NCBI GenBank assembly: GCA_010909165.1
Contig: MU008215.1
Span: forward strand, 1-64,000
DNA: 64,000 bases
Direction of reading: 5' to 3'
From: Anthoceros angustus
Lineage: Eukaryota > Plantae > Anthocerotophyta
In this document: positions 23,312 through 38,300 of the stretch, in pieces
Numbering within the stretch: the stretch's first letter is position 1
Layout of the letters: each line of letters starts with the position of its first letter
Program-made: the position numbers and the translations under genes
Notes under the pieces: generated by a model
What the model saw: the letters and a program-made list of their open reading frames with translations, nothing else
Told to the model about the DNA's origin: nothing
The model's database searches: none

Positions 23312-26300
23312 TGTAAACGATCTAGTCTCGAAACCCCTCAAAATGTGCGAATTTTTTGTTTTTCCGAGAGGTGTGAAAATAAGTCGATTGACGAGTTGGG
23401 GATATTCATAGTAAAAATGTCCTTGGCCTATGGAGTTCTTTTTGTTTTATTGCCTAGGTTAGATAATAAATGGTCCGGAACTTGTTCCTTGGCCCATGGA
23501 CCTCGATATCCACTACAAGGTCTATATATGCGGGGGGGTTATTTTTTGTCACCTGGGTTAGTCGACCCAGTAGCGAATGAGTATGGGGTTGTGGATTGAT
23601 GAGCGGTCGAGAAGACAACCAGTGGTAGTGGAGGCCAAACTTAACCCTAAGGAAACCGTGTAGGGTGACCGAGCTGCTCAAACGGAGCGCAATGGGGCCG
23701 GAGCGGAGTGGAGCGAACGCGGCCGGAGCGTGAGGTCCGAGGAGTCCAGAGGCGGACCGTGATCGGAGAGCGAGAGGGCGCGATCGGAGGAGCTCAACCC
23801 TCACCGCTGAAGTCGCAACCCCGCTGTGGAAGGAAGGCATGCGCGGCCTGAGGAGGAGGTAGGAACCTCGAGACCGACCTCCCTGAAATTCGCGCGAGGT
23901 GGCGGAGGAAGAGGCGCGAGACCGGGGACTATCCGGAAGGATGGCGCCCGGTCCACCACCGAGATTGCGCTTGCCCAATGGCCAAACATGGATCATTGGA
24001 AAGTCCGAGCGAAGGCCGGGTTTCATGGAAGCGGTGGAATTACATGAACCGGGTGCAGTGCGCCGCCACCTAAAAGACAAGCAACCGGCGAGGGAATTAG
24101 AGCAAAACCTCGGGATTGGGACTGGCATTGGTTAGGGAAGTGTATGGGCGCAAGGAGGAGGAGGCGGGGTTTGGTGATGGAACCTTCTCGGAAAAGGAGC
24201 ACAGCCGCCACAGTGGCGGCGATCCGAACCCAATGGTTGGTGGCGAGGTGGCAACGATTAATGGGTCCGCCAGATGGCTTCTCGCTTCCTACAGCAAGAA
24301 GCGGGATTATTTGTCCGACCACTTGCTTGTTCCTCCATGAAGTTGTCAAGGGAAAATCGATTGAGACGAATCCTCTTTGAGAAGTTGAGTGAAGAAAGGT
24401 TGAATGATTTCTCCTACCCGGCCCTCTCTAATTTCACCATTCCTAGTTCATCTTATGCGCATGCTAATTGCCCGAGGTAGAAATTGTGGCCTCCTTCATA
24501 TGTGGAAGCCGGTAGGGAGGTGAAGTGGAATTACATGACCGGGATCGGTGCAGAGTGCGCCGCCACCTAAAAGACAAGCAACAAGGGGAATTAGAGCAAA
24601 ACCTCAGGATTGGGACCGCATTGGTTAGGGAAGTGTATGGGCAAGAAGGAGGAGGCGGGGTTTGGTGATGGAACCTTCTAAAAAGCACAAGCAGCGGTTA
24701 AGGGCGAATCCGAACCCAATGGTTGGGAGCGAGAATTGGCAACAGATTAATGGGTCCGCCAGATGGCTCTATTCCTCTGACAAGAAGCGGGATTATTTGT
24801 CCGACCACTTGCATTGTTCCTCCATGAAGTTGTCAAGGCGAAAATCGATTGGGCGATCTCTTTGAGAAGTTGAGTGAAGAAAGGTTGAATCGATTTCTCC
24901 TACCCGGCCCTCTCTAATTTCACCATTCCTAGTTCATCTTATGCGCATGCTAATTGCCCGGGAGGTGTGGCCTCCTTCATATGTGGAAGCCGGTTGGAGG
25001 TGAAGTGGAATTACATGACCGGGATCGGTGCAGAGTGCGCCGCCACCTAAAAGACAAGCAACAAGGGGAATTAGAGCAAAACCTCAGGATTGGGACCGCA
25101 TTGGTTAGGGAAGTGTATGGGCGCAAGGAGGAGGAGGCGGGGTTTGGTGATGGAACCTTCTAAAAGAGCATGAAGAAGGAAACCGTGAAGGCGGGCGAAT
25201 CCGAACCCAATGGTTGACGAGAATTGGCAACAAAGAGCTTAATGGGTCCGCCAGATGGCTTCTCCTCGCACAGACAAGAAGTGGATTATTTGTCCGACCA
25301 CCGCCGTTGTTCCTCCATGAAGTTGTCAAGGCGAAAATCGATCGGGACGAATCTCTTTGAGAAGTTGAGTGAAGAAAGGTTGAACTGATTTCTCCTACCC
25401 CCGCCTCTAATTTCACCATTCCTAGTTCATCTTTATGCGCATGCTAATTGCCCGCGAGGTAGAAATTGTGGCCTCCTTCATATGTGGAAGCCCGTGTGGA
25501 GGTGAAGTGGAAAGCGGAGGAGCCTAAGGAGGAAATTGAGGAGGAATCGACACTGGGAGTCCATGGCGGCAGGCTGAGGAAGAGAAGGAAATTCTACCAA
25601 AGAAGAAGAGGAAGACCGTGGCACGGTCCCATAAAAAAGTGAAGGTGGACGCCACGTCACTGTCGAAGTGCCGCCACAGAAAAGCAAAGAAAATGAAAGC
25701 CAAACGCAGCTGAGGTGGCGGAGGAAGAGGCGCGATCCGAGGAAGAAAATTTTGCCGACTGGATGCGATGATGAGCCACCAGAGGAATTAGGTGACCTCG
25801 AGCGGACCCTCCTCAAAGATGGGAAGAGATTTTCAAGGGACTCCACCGGGCAACAGAGGTGGATGCAATTGGTGAGGGTGCGCACTTTGTTGGGAAGGAA
25901 AGTTCGGCGAGGGATGGCGTGCACGGGCCGCCGCAAGTGTGGAATTACGTGAGCCGACGACATCGGCGATCCGGGCCCAAGCGGATTTGTTGGACCAAGC
26001 GCCTTGGCTCTCACATGGCTCGGTGCAAGGGCGGAGGAAGTGGTGAAGGCCAGTTTGACGAAGAGGAGGCCAAGCAAGCAATCGGAGGAAGACAAGCGGC
26101 CTTAGAGGAGATAAGAATCAAGATGTGGAGGATTTGTGCAGGCCTGTGAGAAGCCGCAGCCATGACGAGTCAGGAAGCGCTCATGGCTCAAATTAAGGAT
26201 GCCCACGAGTCAAACCAGAGATGGAGAGTTGTTGCAGCCCAGAGCGAGGCGGCCTCGGTGGAGAAGGTCCATAAGCTGGCGGTATAAACGGAGGGATGAG

Positions 26301-28144
26301 GCACGTGGCGGGCGGAAAAGAGAAGGGAAGCGAGGTGGCGGGACCGACGGGGTAGTGGAAGGCACTACCGGAGGAAGGACAGCCAAGGTATGAAACACCT
26401 ACCACGGACCAACGACGGTCGTGGAGAAGGTCCATAAGTCGGCGGAACGATAAACGGAGCGGATGAGGCACGTGGCCCGTAAAAGAGAAGGGAAGCGAGG
26501 TGGCGGTGACCGACGGGGTAGTGGAAGGCACTACCGAGGAAGGACACAAGCAGCCAAATAAACACCTACCACCGGACCAACGACGGTCGGAGACTACCAC
26601 CGGGTAGCGGAAGCGAATGGACGGCGGCTGACGACGCGCTCGAGGACATGGTGCAACTGTGTAGTCTACGGAGGAGGGTAAGCACCGCAGCAGGTCCTAT
26701 TATATTACGCACATGGATGAGGAAACTTATGGTCTATATGTGAATGGAGAACGCGGCTTAACTCACCGCCCATGTGCGTGTGGAAATAGGAGGGATCAGT
26801 CCTACCCATCGCAAGTGAGGACCAAGTGCATACTTCTACCATTGCGCTGAGTGGGATTGGCCCCTATTATGCGGAGGCGACTTTGGAGGAGTTGAGTGAA
26901 GAGGAGGTCCAGCTTGGGTGGATGAGGAACCGTGGTAATCCTCGGCAATAGGCGGCCAGCCAAGAGGCGGAAGTCTGTGGTATGCCCTCAATTAGGACGC
27001 CCAAGCGTGAGGTGGAAGTGGAAAACCCGCCGATCCGGGCGTGGCAGGGCTCGTGGCGGCGATGGAGGACGGGGGCAAAGTGACGAAGTCGGGAGGGCGC
27101 GGATAGCGAGGCGAGGTGGTAGCATCCTAAAGATAATTTGGTTAGGATGCCCACCGGACCTAGATCGCGAATTGTGGGTGCGCTTTAGCTTTTTAGGATC
27201 TAGAAACCGGGGAAAGCAGCCACCGATGTATAAGAGGGGCAACTTTGCCCACCACAGATAACTCCCGGTTGAGATCCCCACGCCTGTGGATGGTTGGAGA
27301 CGTCCGATTGATGAGGTGGTGGCGCGACGCCCTAGGGGTGGTCGAGAGCTTGCGCAACGGAGGAGGAGGAGGTGATGGAGCAATCTTGCGACAAGGAGGA
27401 GGAAACCAAGGGATCGCGGGCGGTCCGGAGCTTGCTCGAACGCGACGCCTGTTTTCTTCCTCCTTCACCTTGTCCCGAAAGTTGTGTTCAAATCGAATTG
27501 TGGAGTGCATGGTTGAATGAGGGAGGGGAGAGAGAGAGAAGAGATCGAAGGAGAGATCAAATCAGACGCGATGCGAGGTGAGATCAAAGTGGGAAGAGGA
27601 GTGAGCGAATTGGAGCGCTAGCAAGGAGAATTGTGTGAATTGAGAAACTCAAACCGGGGCGTGGAAAGTGCACAAGGAAAACAACGTCTCTAGTAGAAAC
27701 CGTGGGGTGGCGCCTTGTGTGTGTGTGTGTGTGTGTGAGGAGAGGGAGGTATCCTAGGAACTTTGGTCTCTAGGAATTGGTGGGTGCATGAAGTGTGGAG
27801 TGCCAAATAAAGTCCGATCCGCGAGCCCGTAGCTGCGTTAGGGATCCGCGCGCGCCCGAGATGAGTCGCTAGGGTTTGGTGGGACCCACCTCGGTAGTCG
27901 TAGCAACTACCCGTGTGGAATGAGATTTGCGGTCGTGGAATGAGATTTGCGGTCGTGGACAAGTCGGTAGTAGTAGTTGAGTAGATAGGTAAGAGGAGTA
28001 ATAGCAGTAAGTCTTGACTTAGGCAAGGTCATGTGATAGAAGTTAGCGTCTTGGCACAAACCATTCCCTTGGGAGCGAATCCTAAGCCTACGACATTGAG
28101 GGTGAATGTGGACCTCACGGTGTCCTGGACACTTACACTCCACA
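23312..28144 (+). repeat. A2 5' LTR containing the LTR gene (a ~480-bp block is triplicated at ~24034-25505)
   Basis: Same termini as the A1 LTRs. Contains DYLSDH..FLHEVVK and SNFT(P)FLVHLYAHANC motifs. Confidence 0.85.
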
Positions 28145-28918
28145 TTTTGGCCGCGGGAATGGAATCACAAGGACGAGGAAGGACTAACCTAGCTTACGTA
28201 GAGTCTAGCATTACTAGATTGATGGATGCCTCGGTGGAGACAAGCGATTCGATCCGACGGGGAAACGCTCGCAAGACGGCAACGCCAAGCAGGAAAGATT
28301 GCGAGAGTTACGAGGAGAGCACGGAGATCACACTTGCGGACGAGGAAGGGGACGAGTCAACTCGGAACTAGGGATCGGATCTTAGCATTGATTCCCAACT
28401 CGACTACGAGCGGTACAAGGGCGGTACCCGATCCCACCTTGTCTTTTGATCTCGCTCCAGTTGCCTAGATCCGCGTCGTCACTTCGTGAATGAGAGGTCG
28501 ATCAGACGTAGCGGCCGTCAACTACCACATGATGAAAGTACTACCACGGCGTTATGGCGATACTCGGTGCTTGTTACTACTAAGCAATCTTACCCGTTGT
28601 ATGGAGAAAAGAAGGGCCATGAGGATCCCGACGAGTTTGTCGAGCGTTTTGAGCGGTGACGCCAACCGTGAGGATGCGATCGTGCCCACTGCTTTATGGA
28701 GTCTTACGGGCGGCCAAGTGGTACAAGCGGGGGTAGTAGTAGTTGAGTAGATAGGTAAGAGGAGTGATAGCAGTAAGTCCCGACTTAGGCAAGGTCGAGT
28801 GATAGAAGTTAGCCTCTTGGCACAAACCATTCCCTTGGGAGCGAATCCTAAGCCTACAACGACATTGAGGGTGAATGTGGACCTCATGTCCCTAGACACA
28901 AGGTTACACTCCACATTT

Positions 28919-28933
28919 TGGCGCTGCCGGGAA
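28919..28933 (+). other. PBS (tRNA-Asp type) of A2, with a second degenerate copy at 28148
   Basis: CCACA-TTT-TGGCGCTGCCGGGAA. Confidence 0.8.
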
Positions 28934-29326
28934 TGGAATCACAAGGACGAGGAAGGACTAACCTAGCTTACGAGAGTCTAGCATTACTAGATTGATGGAT
29001 GCCTCGTGGAGACAAGCGATTCGATCCGACTGGGGAAACGCTCGCAAGACGCAACGCCAAGCCGGAAAGATTGCGAGAGTTACGAGGAGAGCACGGAGAT
29101 CACACTTGCGGACGAGGAAGGGGGAGGAGTCAACTCGGAACTAGGGATCGGATCTTAACGGATTCAGATTCCCAACTCGACTACGTAAGCGGTACAAGGC
29201 CGTACCGATCCCACCTTGTCTTTTGATCTCCATATTGCCTAGATCCACCGCACCTCACTGAATGTGAGGCCACCGCGAGGGCCGCTGGCCACCACCGCAA
29301 TCGTGGAAAGTACTACCACGGTAGTT

Positions 29327-32300
29327 ATGGCGCGATCTCGCTTGTTACTACTAAGCAATCCTACCCGCTGGAGAAAAGAAGGGCCATGAGGATCCCGACG
29401 AGTTTGTCGAGCGTTTTGAGCACCGACACTTGCCCAGAGGAGGATGCGCATCGTGCCCAGCTGTTTTATGGGGTCTTACGCGGGGCGGCGGCCAAGTGGT
29501 ACAAGCGGGAGTACATAGCTTCTTCCACACCCCCAGCTACCTTTGGGGCCTTGAAGAGAGCTTTTTGTGAAAGATTCAGAGGGGTCGATGTGGAAGGGTA
29601 TGTCCTGTCCAAGTTGGAGGGATTGCAGAGAGGGAAGAAGGAGACCCTGCAGCTTATGTGGAAAGGTTCCACAGCCTACGGGATCGGGCTGGTCCGCACT
29701 CGGAGCTAATGGCCATTCGCTGGTTTGCAAGAGGATTGGGCGGAGATGGGAAGACACGCGTCTAAGCCGAGAAAGATTTGGATCGGGCGATCAAGGCCGC
29801 TCGAACTATGAGGAGTCCAACGCGAAGAGAAGAAGAACTCAACAAGGGCGCACAAGGACAAAAAGAAATACAAAAGAAGAAGAAGTACTATTCGCCCTCC
29901 GATGACAGCCTGGGAGGATAGTTTTCACCGACTCGGGTAGCTCCACCAAGAGGAGACCAGCGAGGATTCGGAGGAGAATTCGTCAGACGGTGAGCGCAAC
30001 CGAAGGGATAGAAGGAAGAAGGGAAAAAATGACTGGGAAACAAGACGACGTGCAAAAGGGAAGGAGCTGCTATATGCACGAAAGGACGCGGAGCAGGTGA
30101 GAAGAGAGGTGGAAACAGCAGCCAAAAAGGTGGAGCAACAAGGAACAAGATGGAGGAAATGATGGTCAAACTGGAGAAACTCCATCTTAATGCCATCAAG
30201 GACCACGATAGGAGAAGGGTTGCTACTGGAGCGCTGGCGAATCTCTTCTGCTCAACTTGTGGACAGCAGGGGCACTCGAGGTCGAACTGTCCACAAACAA
30301 AAGTACAACTGCTGGGCTACGAGGAGGACGAGGAAGAAATGTGCTTGGAAGATACGTACCAAATCCAAGACGCGACGCCAGTTTCTGGGTACTCAAAGAC
30401 CCTATACCCCTCAAGTTTACGAAACCCCGCTGGTATGGGTATTCGTACTCAGATGGTAAGAAACCCGTGATGATGAGTGCCATCGGTTACAATTGTCGAG
30501 GGTTCGCATCTTGCTGGTTGCCCCTCCGCATCTCGCCAGGAATGGTGATTTTGAAAGGTGTGTGGATTGCAAGCAATCACGTGAGGGCAGCGCCCGCTGC
30601 AGACACCAAAGAAACATGTGAGGATTGCTCAACCTCCGGCGACCCACCCCGCACAAAAGAAAGCCCGCTGCCGAATGCAAGTCAAGATGCGCCATGGTAT
30701 GGGAGGATTCCGAGGCCAGCATACTGAGGAGCCTGGAAGGGTTGGGGGATGTGGACGGTGGGTATTACGGAACTCCTGCGATGGCTGTTCGAACGCGGAG
30801 CGGCGAGAGGAAGGCGGACACCCTAAGAAGAGGGGAACGGGGGAAAAAGAGAAAGAAGAACGGAGTGGGAGCCTCCATAACGTCCGCAAGTGAGGAGGAA
30901 GAGGCGTCTTCGTCAGGCGGGGAAGGAAGGGGGGTCCAACCACAAAAGGCGACGAGGGACTTGTATGGGGAATCAGAAAAAAGGGCATGCGAATCCAAAA
31001 TGGACGGGAGCAAGGCACGAACGCCACACCTAACGCGAGGATTGCGATTTCGATGGCATCAGTGTAACTCCCTTAGCGCCGAGACCGCTGGATTCGAGGG
31101 TGAAGCAAAACGAGGACAAATGGACGGCAGCGGGACTCGAGTCGACACATGGGGCGAAAACCCGCAAGAGGAAAAAGGATGAGTCCACGTTTCCGCCCGA
31201 TGTCGAGGAAGTTATGGATATGATCCGACAAGAACTGGAGCAGACTCAAGCAGTCGTACCTTTTTGACCACGACCCACCTCCGCCATCTGTTTCAACGAC
31301 CGCAACATAACCTACATGTTCAAATGGTGGGGTTGGCAAGGAGAAAGCAGAAAAGTCGGTGTTCCTTTCAATTTGGCGGAAGCTATCATGGACCAAAAGT
31401 TCATGATAACATTGACGACTCTCGGGACAATCAGCGATACCGCAAATCCGTGGGGCATTGAAGGCGGCACAACCCAAGAAGAGAGAACCTTTCCACCCCA
31501 AGGCCGAAAACCCTTCTGTGAATATGGTGGCCATGATGGACCCGAGTCTGAGCTGAGATAGAAATTGCGGATGTGTAATCAAGAAGGTGCCGCTAGATTA
31601 TTCGAGTCAACATCATGACAGAGGAGACCGCTCGGAAGCTTGGGTTGCAGATAGAACATACATCAAAGGTGTTGTGGCGGACATGTCCAAAATGGCGCCG
31701 TAGGGAGTGACGGAGTCCTAACCCATATTGGTACCATTCCGCACCTCATGGACTACGTGGTCATTAAACAAAAGCGCCAGGTATGAGGTTCTCATTGACG
31801 AACATGGATGTATGGGGCACGTTGCACCTTCAAATGGGCGAGAAAGGAAGTGGGATTCAAACCTCGGGTGGGACCCCAAAATTAAGGAGGAAGGATATGT
31901 TTGACTTGGAGCGGAGATACGTCGGGGAGACACCCACGAAACGGAGGGATACACCTCTGCTGAAGATACCTCTGGGGGAGAGGATGAGAAGGAGAAATTC
32001 CCATTCGCACATATTTCGTGGTCAGATGAAGAGGACGACTACGGAGAGATATTCCCCATTCCATCAACCTATTAGGTTGCTATGGAGTCACAGTTGACAA
32101 CCCGGTGGTCGGGAGGAGGATCGACTGAGAAGGCTGGACGGAGGTCGAGGAACAGGAAGTAGAGGTGGTCGAGCCGGGAGCGACGATCCGGACAAACTTC
32201 GAGGGTGCGAGGAGGGTGTCTCACGTTTACCTCGACGACCTATTCCGGAATGGGGAATGCGCAAGGAGAACCAAGACAGGAGGAAGGGTTCGGCATCACA

Positions 32301-35300
32301 TCCGCGGTGGAGAGAGTGGGCAGACGGATGAGGTCAAGGATGTGGAAGTGTTGCAAGGTCCTTAAGTTTTCGAGCAGGATGAATGCACTTGGAAAGGGGA
32401 TGAAACAATTGTTGGCGGAATTTATCCACGTTTCCGCCCGATGTCGGGAAAGTTATGGATATGATCCGACAAGAATCGGAACAGCTCGGCTACCATTTTG
32501 GCCATCGACCCACCGACCCACCTACCGCCCCTGTTTCAACGACCGCAACATCTCAAACAGCTATCATGCTTTGAAATGACGGTGGGGTTGGCAAGGAGAA
32601 ACAGAAGCACCAGTGTTCCTTTCAATTTACGCTATCATGGACCAAAAGTTCATGATAACATCTCGATCTCGTGGACAATCCGCGGACCGCCAAAGAACTG
32701 GTGGGGCATTGAAGGCGGCACAACCCAAGAAGAGACGAACCTTTCCACCCCAAGAAAACCCCTTGTGAATATGGTGGCCATGATGGACTGACCCATGAGC
32801 TGCTGTATAGAAATTGCGGATGTGTAATCAAGAAGGTGCCGCTAGATTCCGGTCGAGTCAACATCATGATGAGGAGACCGCCTAAGCTTGGGTTGAGATA
32901 GAACATACATCAAAGGTGTTGCCGGACATGTCCAAAATGGCGCCGTAGGGGAGCCGACGGAGTCCTAACCCATATTGGTACCATTCCGCACCTCATGGAC
33001 TACGTGGTCATTAAACAAAAGCGCCAGGTATGAGGTTCTCATTGACGAACATGGATGTATGGGGCACGTTGCACCTTCAAATGGGCGAAAGGAAGTGGGA
33101 TTCAAACCTGGAGGGACCCCAAAATTAAGGAGGAAGGATATGTTTGACTTGGAGCAGAGATACGACGCAGGGAGACACCCACGAAACGGAGGGATACACC
33201 TCTCAGAAGATACCTGGGGAGAGGATGAGAAGGAGAAATTCCCATTCGCATATTTCGTGGTCGATGAAGAGGACGACAGGAGATATTCCCATTCCATCAA
33301 CCTATTAGGGTGCTATGGAGTCACAATTGACAACCCGTGGGAGGAGGATCGACCGAGAAGGCCGGACGGAGGTCGAGGAACAGAAGTAGAGGTGGTCGAG
33401 GGAGCGACGATCCGGACAAACTTCGAGGATGCGAGGAGTCTCACGCTTTACCTCGACGACCTATTCCGGAATGGGGAATGCGCAAGGAGAACCAAGACAG
33501 GAGGAAGGGTTCGCATCACATCCGCCGGTGGAGAGAGTGGCAGACGGATGAGGTCAAGGACGTGTGGAAGTGTTGCCGCAAGGTCCTTAAGTTTTCGAGC
33601 AGGATGAATGCAGACTTGGAAAGGGATGAAACAAACAAGCATGGAATTTATCCACGTTTTTGCTTTTGACGTTATGACATGAAGGGTATACCGAGGGAGT
33701 GGGGAGCACAAGATTGATCTCGAGCCGGTGCGTCCGGATACCGCAATACAAGCTAAATCCAAAGTATTCAAGGTAAAGGAATTGAGCTCTACTTGCGTGG
33801 ACGTCATATATCCTATTGTGACATCGGAGTGGGTAGCCCCAATTGTGGTGGTTCCCAAAAAGCGTAAGGGAAGATACGGTCCGTCAGATTGGAGGAAGTT
33901 AAACAAGGTGACCAAAAAGACCATTACCCGCTTCCATTCATAGACAACATAATCGGACTTAGTGTGGAGAATGGTCTACCTGCTCCTCGGATGGGTATTC
34001 GGGTATAACCACATCTCGTGGAGAGTGATTGGCCACCGACCCACCACCCACACCGCCACCGTTTCAACGACCGCAACATCTCAAACAGACCGCTGCCGAA
34101 ATGACGGTGGGGTTGGCAAGGAGAAAGAAAGCACAGTGTTCCTTTCAATTTGGAAGCTATCATGGACCAAAAGTTCATGATAACATTCGGACAGCTTCTC
34201 GGACAACCCGCATCGCCAAAGAACTGGTGGGGCATTGAAGGCGGCACAACCCAAGAAGAGACGAACCTTTCCACCCCAAGGCCGAAAACCCTTCTGTGAA
34301 TATGGTGGCCATGATGGACTGTGACCGCGGAGCTGATAGAAATTGCGGATGTGTAATCAAGAAGGTGCCGCTAGATTCCGGTCGAGTCAACATCATGACA
34401 GAGGAGACCGCCTAAGCTTGGGTTGAGATAGAACATACATCAAAGGTGTTACATGACATGTCCAAAATGGCGCCTAGGGAGCCGACGGAGTCCTAACCCA
34501 TATTGGTACCATTCCGCACCTCATGGACTACGTGGTCATTAAACAAAAGCGCCAGGTATGAGGTTCTCATTGACGAACATGGATGTATGGGGCACGTTGC
34601 ACCTTCAAATGGGCGAGAAAGGAAGTGGGATTCAAACCTGGACTGGGACCCCAAAATTAAGGAGGAAGGATATGTTTGACTTGGAGCAGTAGATACGCAG
34701 GGAGACACCCACAAACGGAGGGATACACCTCAAGATACCTGGGAGAGGATGAGAAGGAGAAATTCCCATTCGCACATATTTCGTGGTCGATGAAGAGGAC
34801 GATCACCGGAGAGATATTCCCATTCCATCAACCTATTAGGGTGCTATGGAGTCACAATTGACAACCCGGTGGTCGGAGGAGGATCGGGACTGAGAAGGCC
34901 GGACGGAGGTCGAGGAACAGAAGTAGAGGTGGTCGAGGGAGCAACGATCCGGACAAACTTTGAGGATGCGAGGAGGGTGTCTCACGTTTACCTCGACGAC
35001 CTATTCCGGAATGGGGAATGCGCCAAGGAGAACCAAGACAGGAGGAAGGGTTCGCATCACATCCGCGGTGGAAAGAGAGTGGCAGTGATGAGGTCAAGGA
35101 CGTGAGGTGCCCGAAAGTCCTTAAGTTTTCGAATGGATGAATGCAGACTTGGAAAGGGATGAAACAAATTGCATGGAATTTATCCACGTTTTTGCTTTTG
35201 ACGATGTATATGAAGGGTATACCGAGGGAGTGGGGGGAGCACAAGATTGATCTCGAGCCGGGTGCCGTGCCAGTCCGGATACCGCAATACAAGCTAAATC

Positions 35301-38300
35301 CAAAGTATTCGCTGAAGGTAAAGGAACAATTGGAGCTCTACTTGCGTGCAGACGTCATATATCCTATTGTGACATCGGAGTGGGTAGCCCCAATTGTGGT
35401 GGTTCCCAAAAAGCAGAAGGGAAAGATACGGGTCTGTCAGGATTGGAGGAAGTTAAACAAGGTGACCAAAAAAGACCATTACCCGCTTCCATTCATAGAC
35501 AACATACTGGACTTAGTTGCAGGGAGAATGGTCTACTCGTTCCTGGATGGGTATTCGGTATAACCCTACATCTCGTGGAGAGTGATTGGCCACTAACTTC
35601 TTCACTCTGGGAACCTATGCCTACAAACGGAGTGCGTTCGGATTAACAGGGCACCGTGATCCTTCATGCGCGATTGTCAAGATTTTCAAGGAATACCTTA
35701 GGGACTTCATGGAGGTCTTCCTGGATGACTGCGTGTTTGGAGCGGCGAAGATCACCTCAACCACCTTCGCAAATGTTCGGTGTCACAGACCAATTGTGTC
35801 TACATCCCGAGAAATGTTATTTCGGCATGCCGGTATTTTGTTGGGGCATTTGCCGGGGATAGAGGTCGACCGGATAAGGTCAAAATCATTACCGCCTCAA
35901 GCCACCTACCATCAAGGAGCTTAGGGATTCCTCGGAATGGTAGGCTATTATCGAAGGTTTGTGAAGAATTTTCCGTAAGGGCAGCTCACTTACGAGGCCG
36001 CAAGGACCGGAGTGGGAATGGACGCAAAACGAGAGGAGGCCTTCAATGATCTTCGACCACCACGATCACGGCACACCCACTGCGGGACGGAGCAAGAAAT
36101 TCCACGTGTTTGTAGACGTTTCGGCCTATGCAATCGGTACCATTCTAAGCCAAAGGGATGACAAGAAGCACGATTATCCAATCTATTATGCAGGAGGCAG
36201 CTCACTGACGCAGAAGAAGTATACCACCACCGAGAGGAGGCGCGGGGATGGTGTACTCGGTTCGCAAGTTTCACTATTTGCTATCCTACGAGTTCGTCTT
36301 CCATGTGGACCACTTCGCCTCAAACACACCGGTAAACAAACCGACTTGTCCGGACGCATAGCAAGATGGATCCTACTCGCAAGAATTCACGTTCACGGTG
36401 GAGACCAGAGGAGGTAGTAAACATGTGAATGCATTACATTTCGAGGTCGAGACAGAGGAGGTTACACAGACCAAAACGACGATTTTCCCGATGAAGCTTT
36501 GTTGACGAGTTAGAGGGGAAGGCACGGCCGAACCATAAGGCGAGGGTAAATGGTGGCTCAGAAATGAGAAGGAGAACGGATACACAAGGCCCACCCACGA
36601 GGAGATGATGGAATTCGGAACGGGAAAATACCATCGGATCTTTCAAACCCCAGTGTTTAGGCACTATTCGCGTCCGCTTGTACGACGCAAAGACAATCAC
36701 GTCGGGACCGGATGGGGGAGTTATGGGTAACAAGGAGCAGTTATCCGAGTCTTGTGGAGATGCACGAGGGGAAGCGGAGGACATTTTGCACATATCACGT
36801 GCAAGAAGGTAAAGGAACAATTGGAGCTCTACTTGCGCTGACGCATATATATCCTATTGTGACATCGGAGTGGGTAGCCCCAATTGTGGTGGTTCCCAAA
36901 AAGCGTAAGGGAAGATACGGTCCGTCAGATTGGAGGAAGTTAAACAAGGTGACCAAAAAGACCATTACCCGCTTCCATTCATAGACAACATAATCGGACT
37001 TAGTTGCGGAGAATGGTCTACCTGCTCGGATGGGTATTCGGTATAACCACTACATCTCGTGGAGAGTGATTGGCCACAAACCTTCACTACAGATCGGGAA
37101 CCTATGCCTACAAACGGAGTGCTCGGATTAACAGGGCACCGTGATCCTTCATGCGACATTGTCAAGATTTTCAAGGAATACCTTAGGGACTTCATGGAGG
37201 TCTTCCTGGATGACTTCGCGTGTTTGAGCGAAGATCACCTCAACCACCTTCGCAAATGTCCGAACGGTCAAGACCCAATTGTGTCTACATCCCGAGAAAT
37301 GTTATTTCGCATGCCGAGGGTATTTTGTTGGGGCACCGTGATTGCACGGGATAGAGGTCGACCGGATAAGGTCAAAATCATTACCGCCTCAAGCCACCTC
37401 AAGGAAGGAGCTTAGGGATTCCTCGGAATGGTAGGCTATTATCAAGGTTTGTGAAGAATTTTCCGTAAGGGCAGCCCGCATGTAATCGCTTCAAGGACCG
37501 GAGTGGAATGGACGCAAAACGAGAGGAGGCCTTCAATGATCTTCGGACCACCGATCACAAGACCCAGCCGGGGACCGGATCGAGCAAGAAATTCCACGTG
37601 TTTGTAGACGTTTCGGCCTATGCAATCGGTACCATTCTAAGCCAAAGGGATGACAAGAAGCACGATTATCCAATCTATTATGCTGGAGGCAGCTCACGAC
37701 GCAGAGAAGTATACCACCACCGAGAGGAGGCTGGGGATGGTGTACTCGCCTGCAAGTTTCGCCACTATTTGCTATCCTACGAGTTCGTCTTCCATGTGGA
37801 CCACTTCGCCCTCAAACACCTGGTAAACAAAACTGACTTGTCTGGACGCATAGCAAGATGGATCCTACTCCTGCAGGAATTCACGTTCACGGTGGAGACC
37901 AGAGGAGGTAGTAAACATGTGAATGCAGATTACATTTCGAGGCTGAGAACAGAGGAGGTTACACAGGACCAAAACGACGATTTTCCCGATGAAGCTTTGT
38001 TCGCGACAGAGTTAGAGGGGGAAGCGGCACGGCCGAACCATAAGGCGAGGGTAAATGGTGGCTCGGCAGGAAATGAGAAGGGGAGAACGGGATACACCAG
38101 GCCCACCCACGAGGAGATGATGGAATTCCTGGAAACGGGGAGAATACCACCGGATCTTTCGAAACCCCAGCGGCAGGCGTTTGTGCACTATTCGCGTCCG
38201 TTTGTACGACGCAAAGACAACTGTATAAGGACCGGATGGGCGGACAGTTATGGGTAACAAGGGAGCAGTTATCCGAGTCTTGTGGAGATGCACGAGGAGA

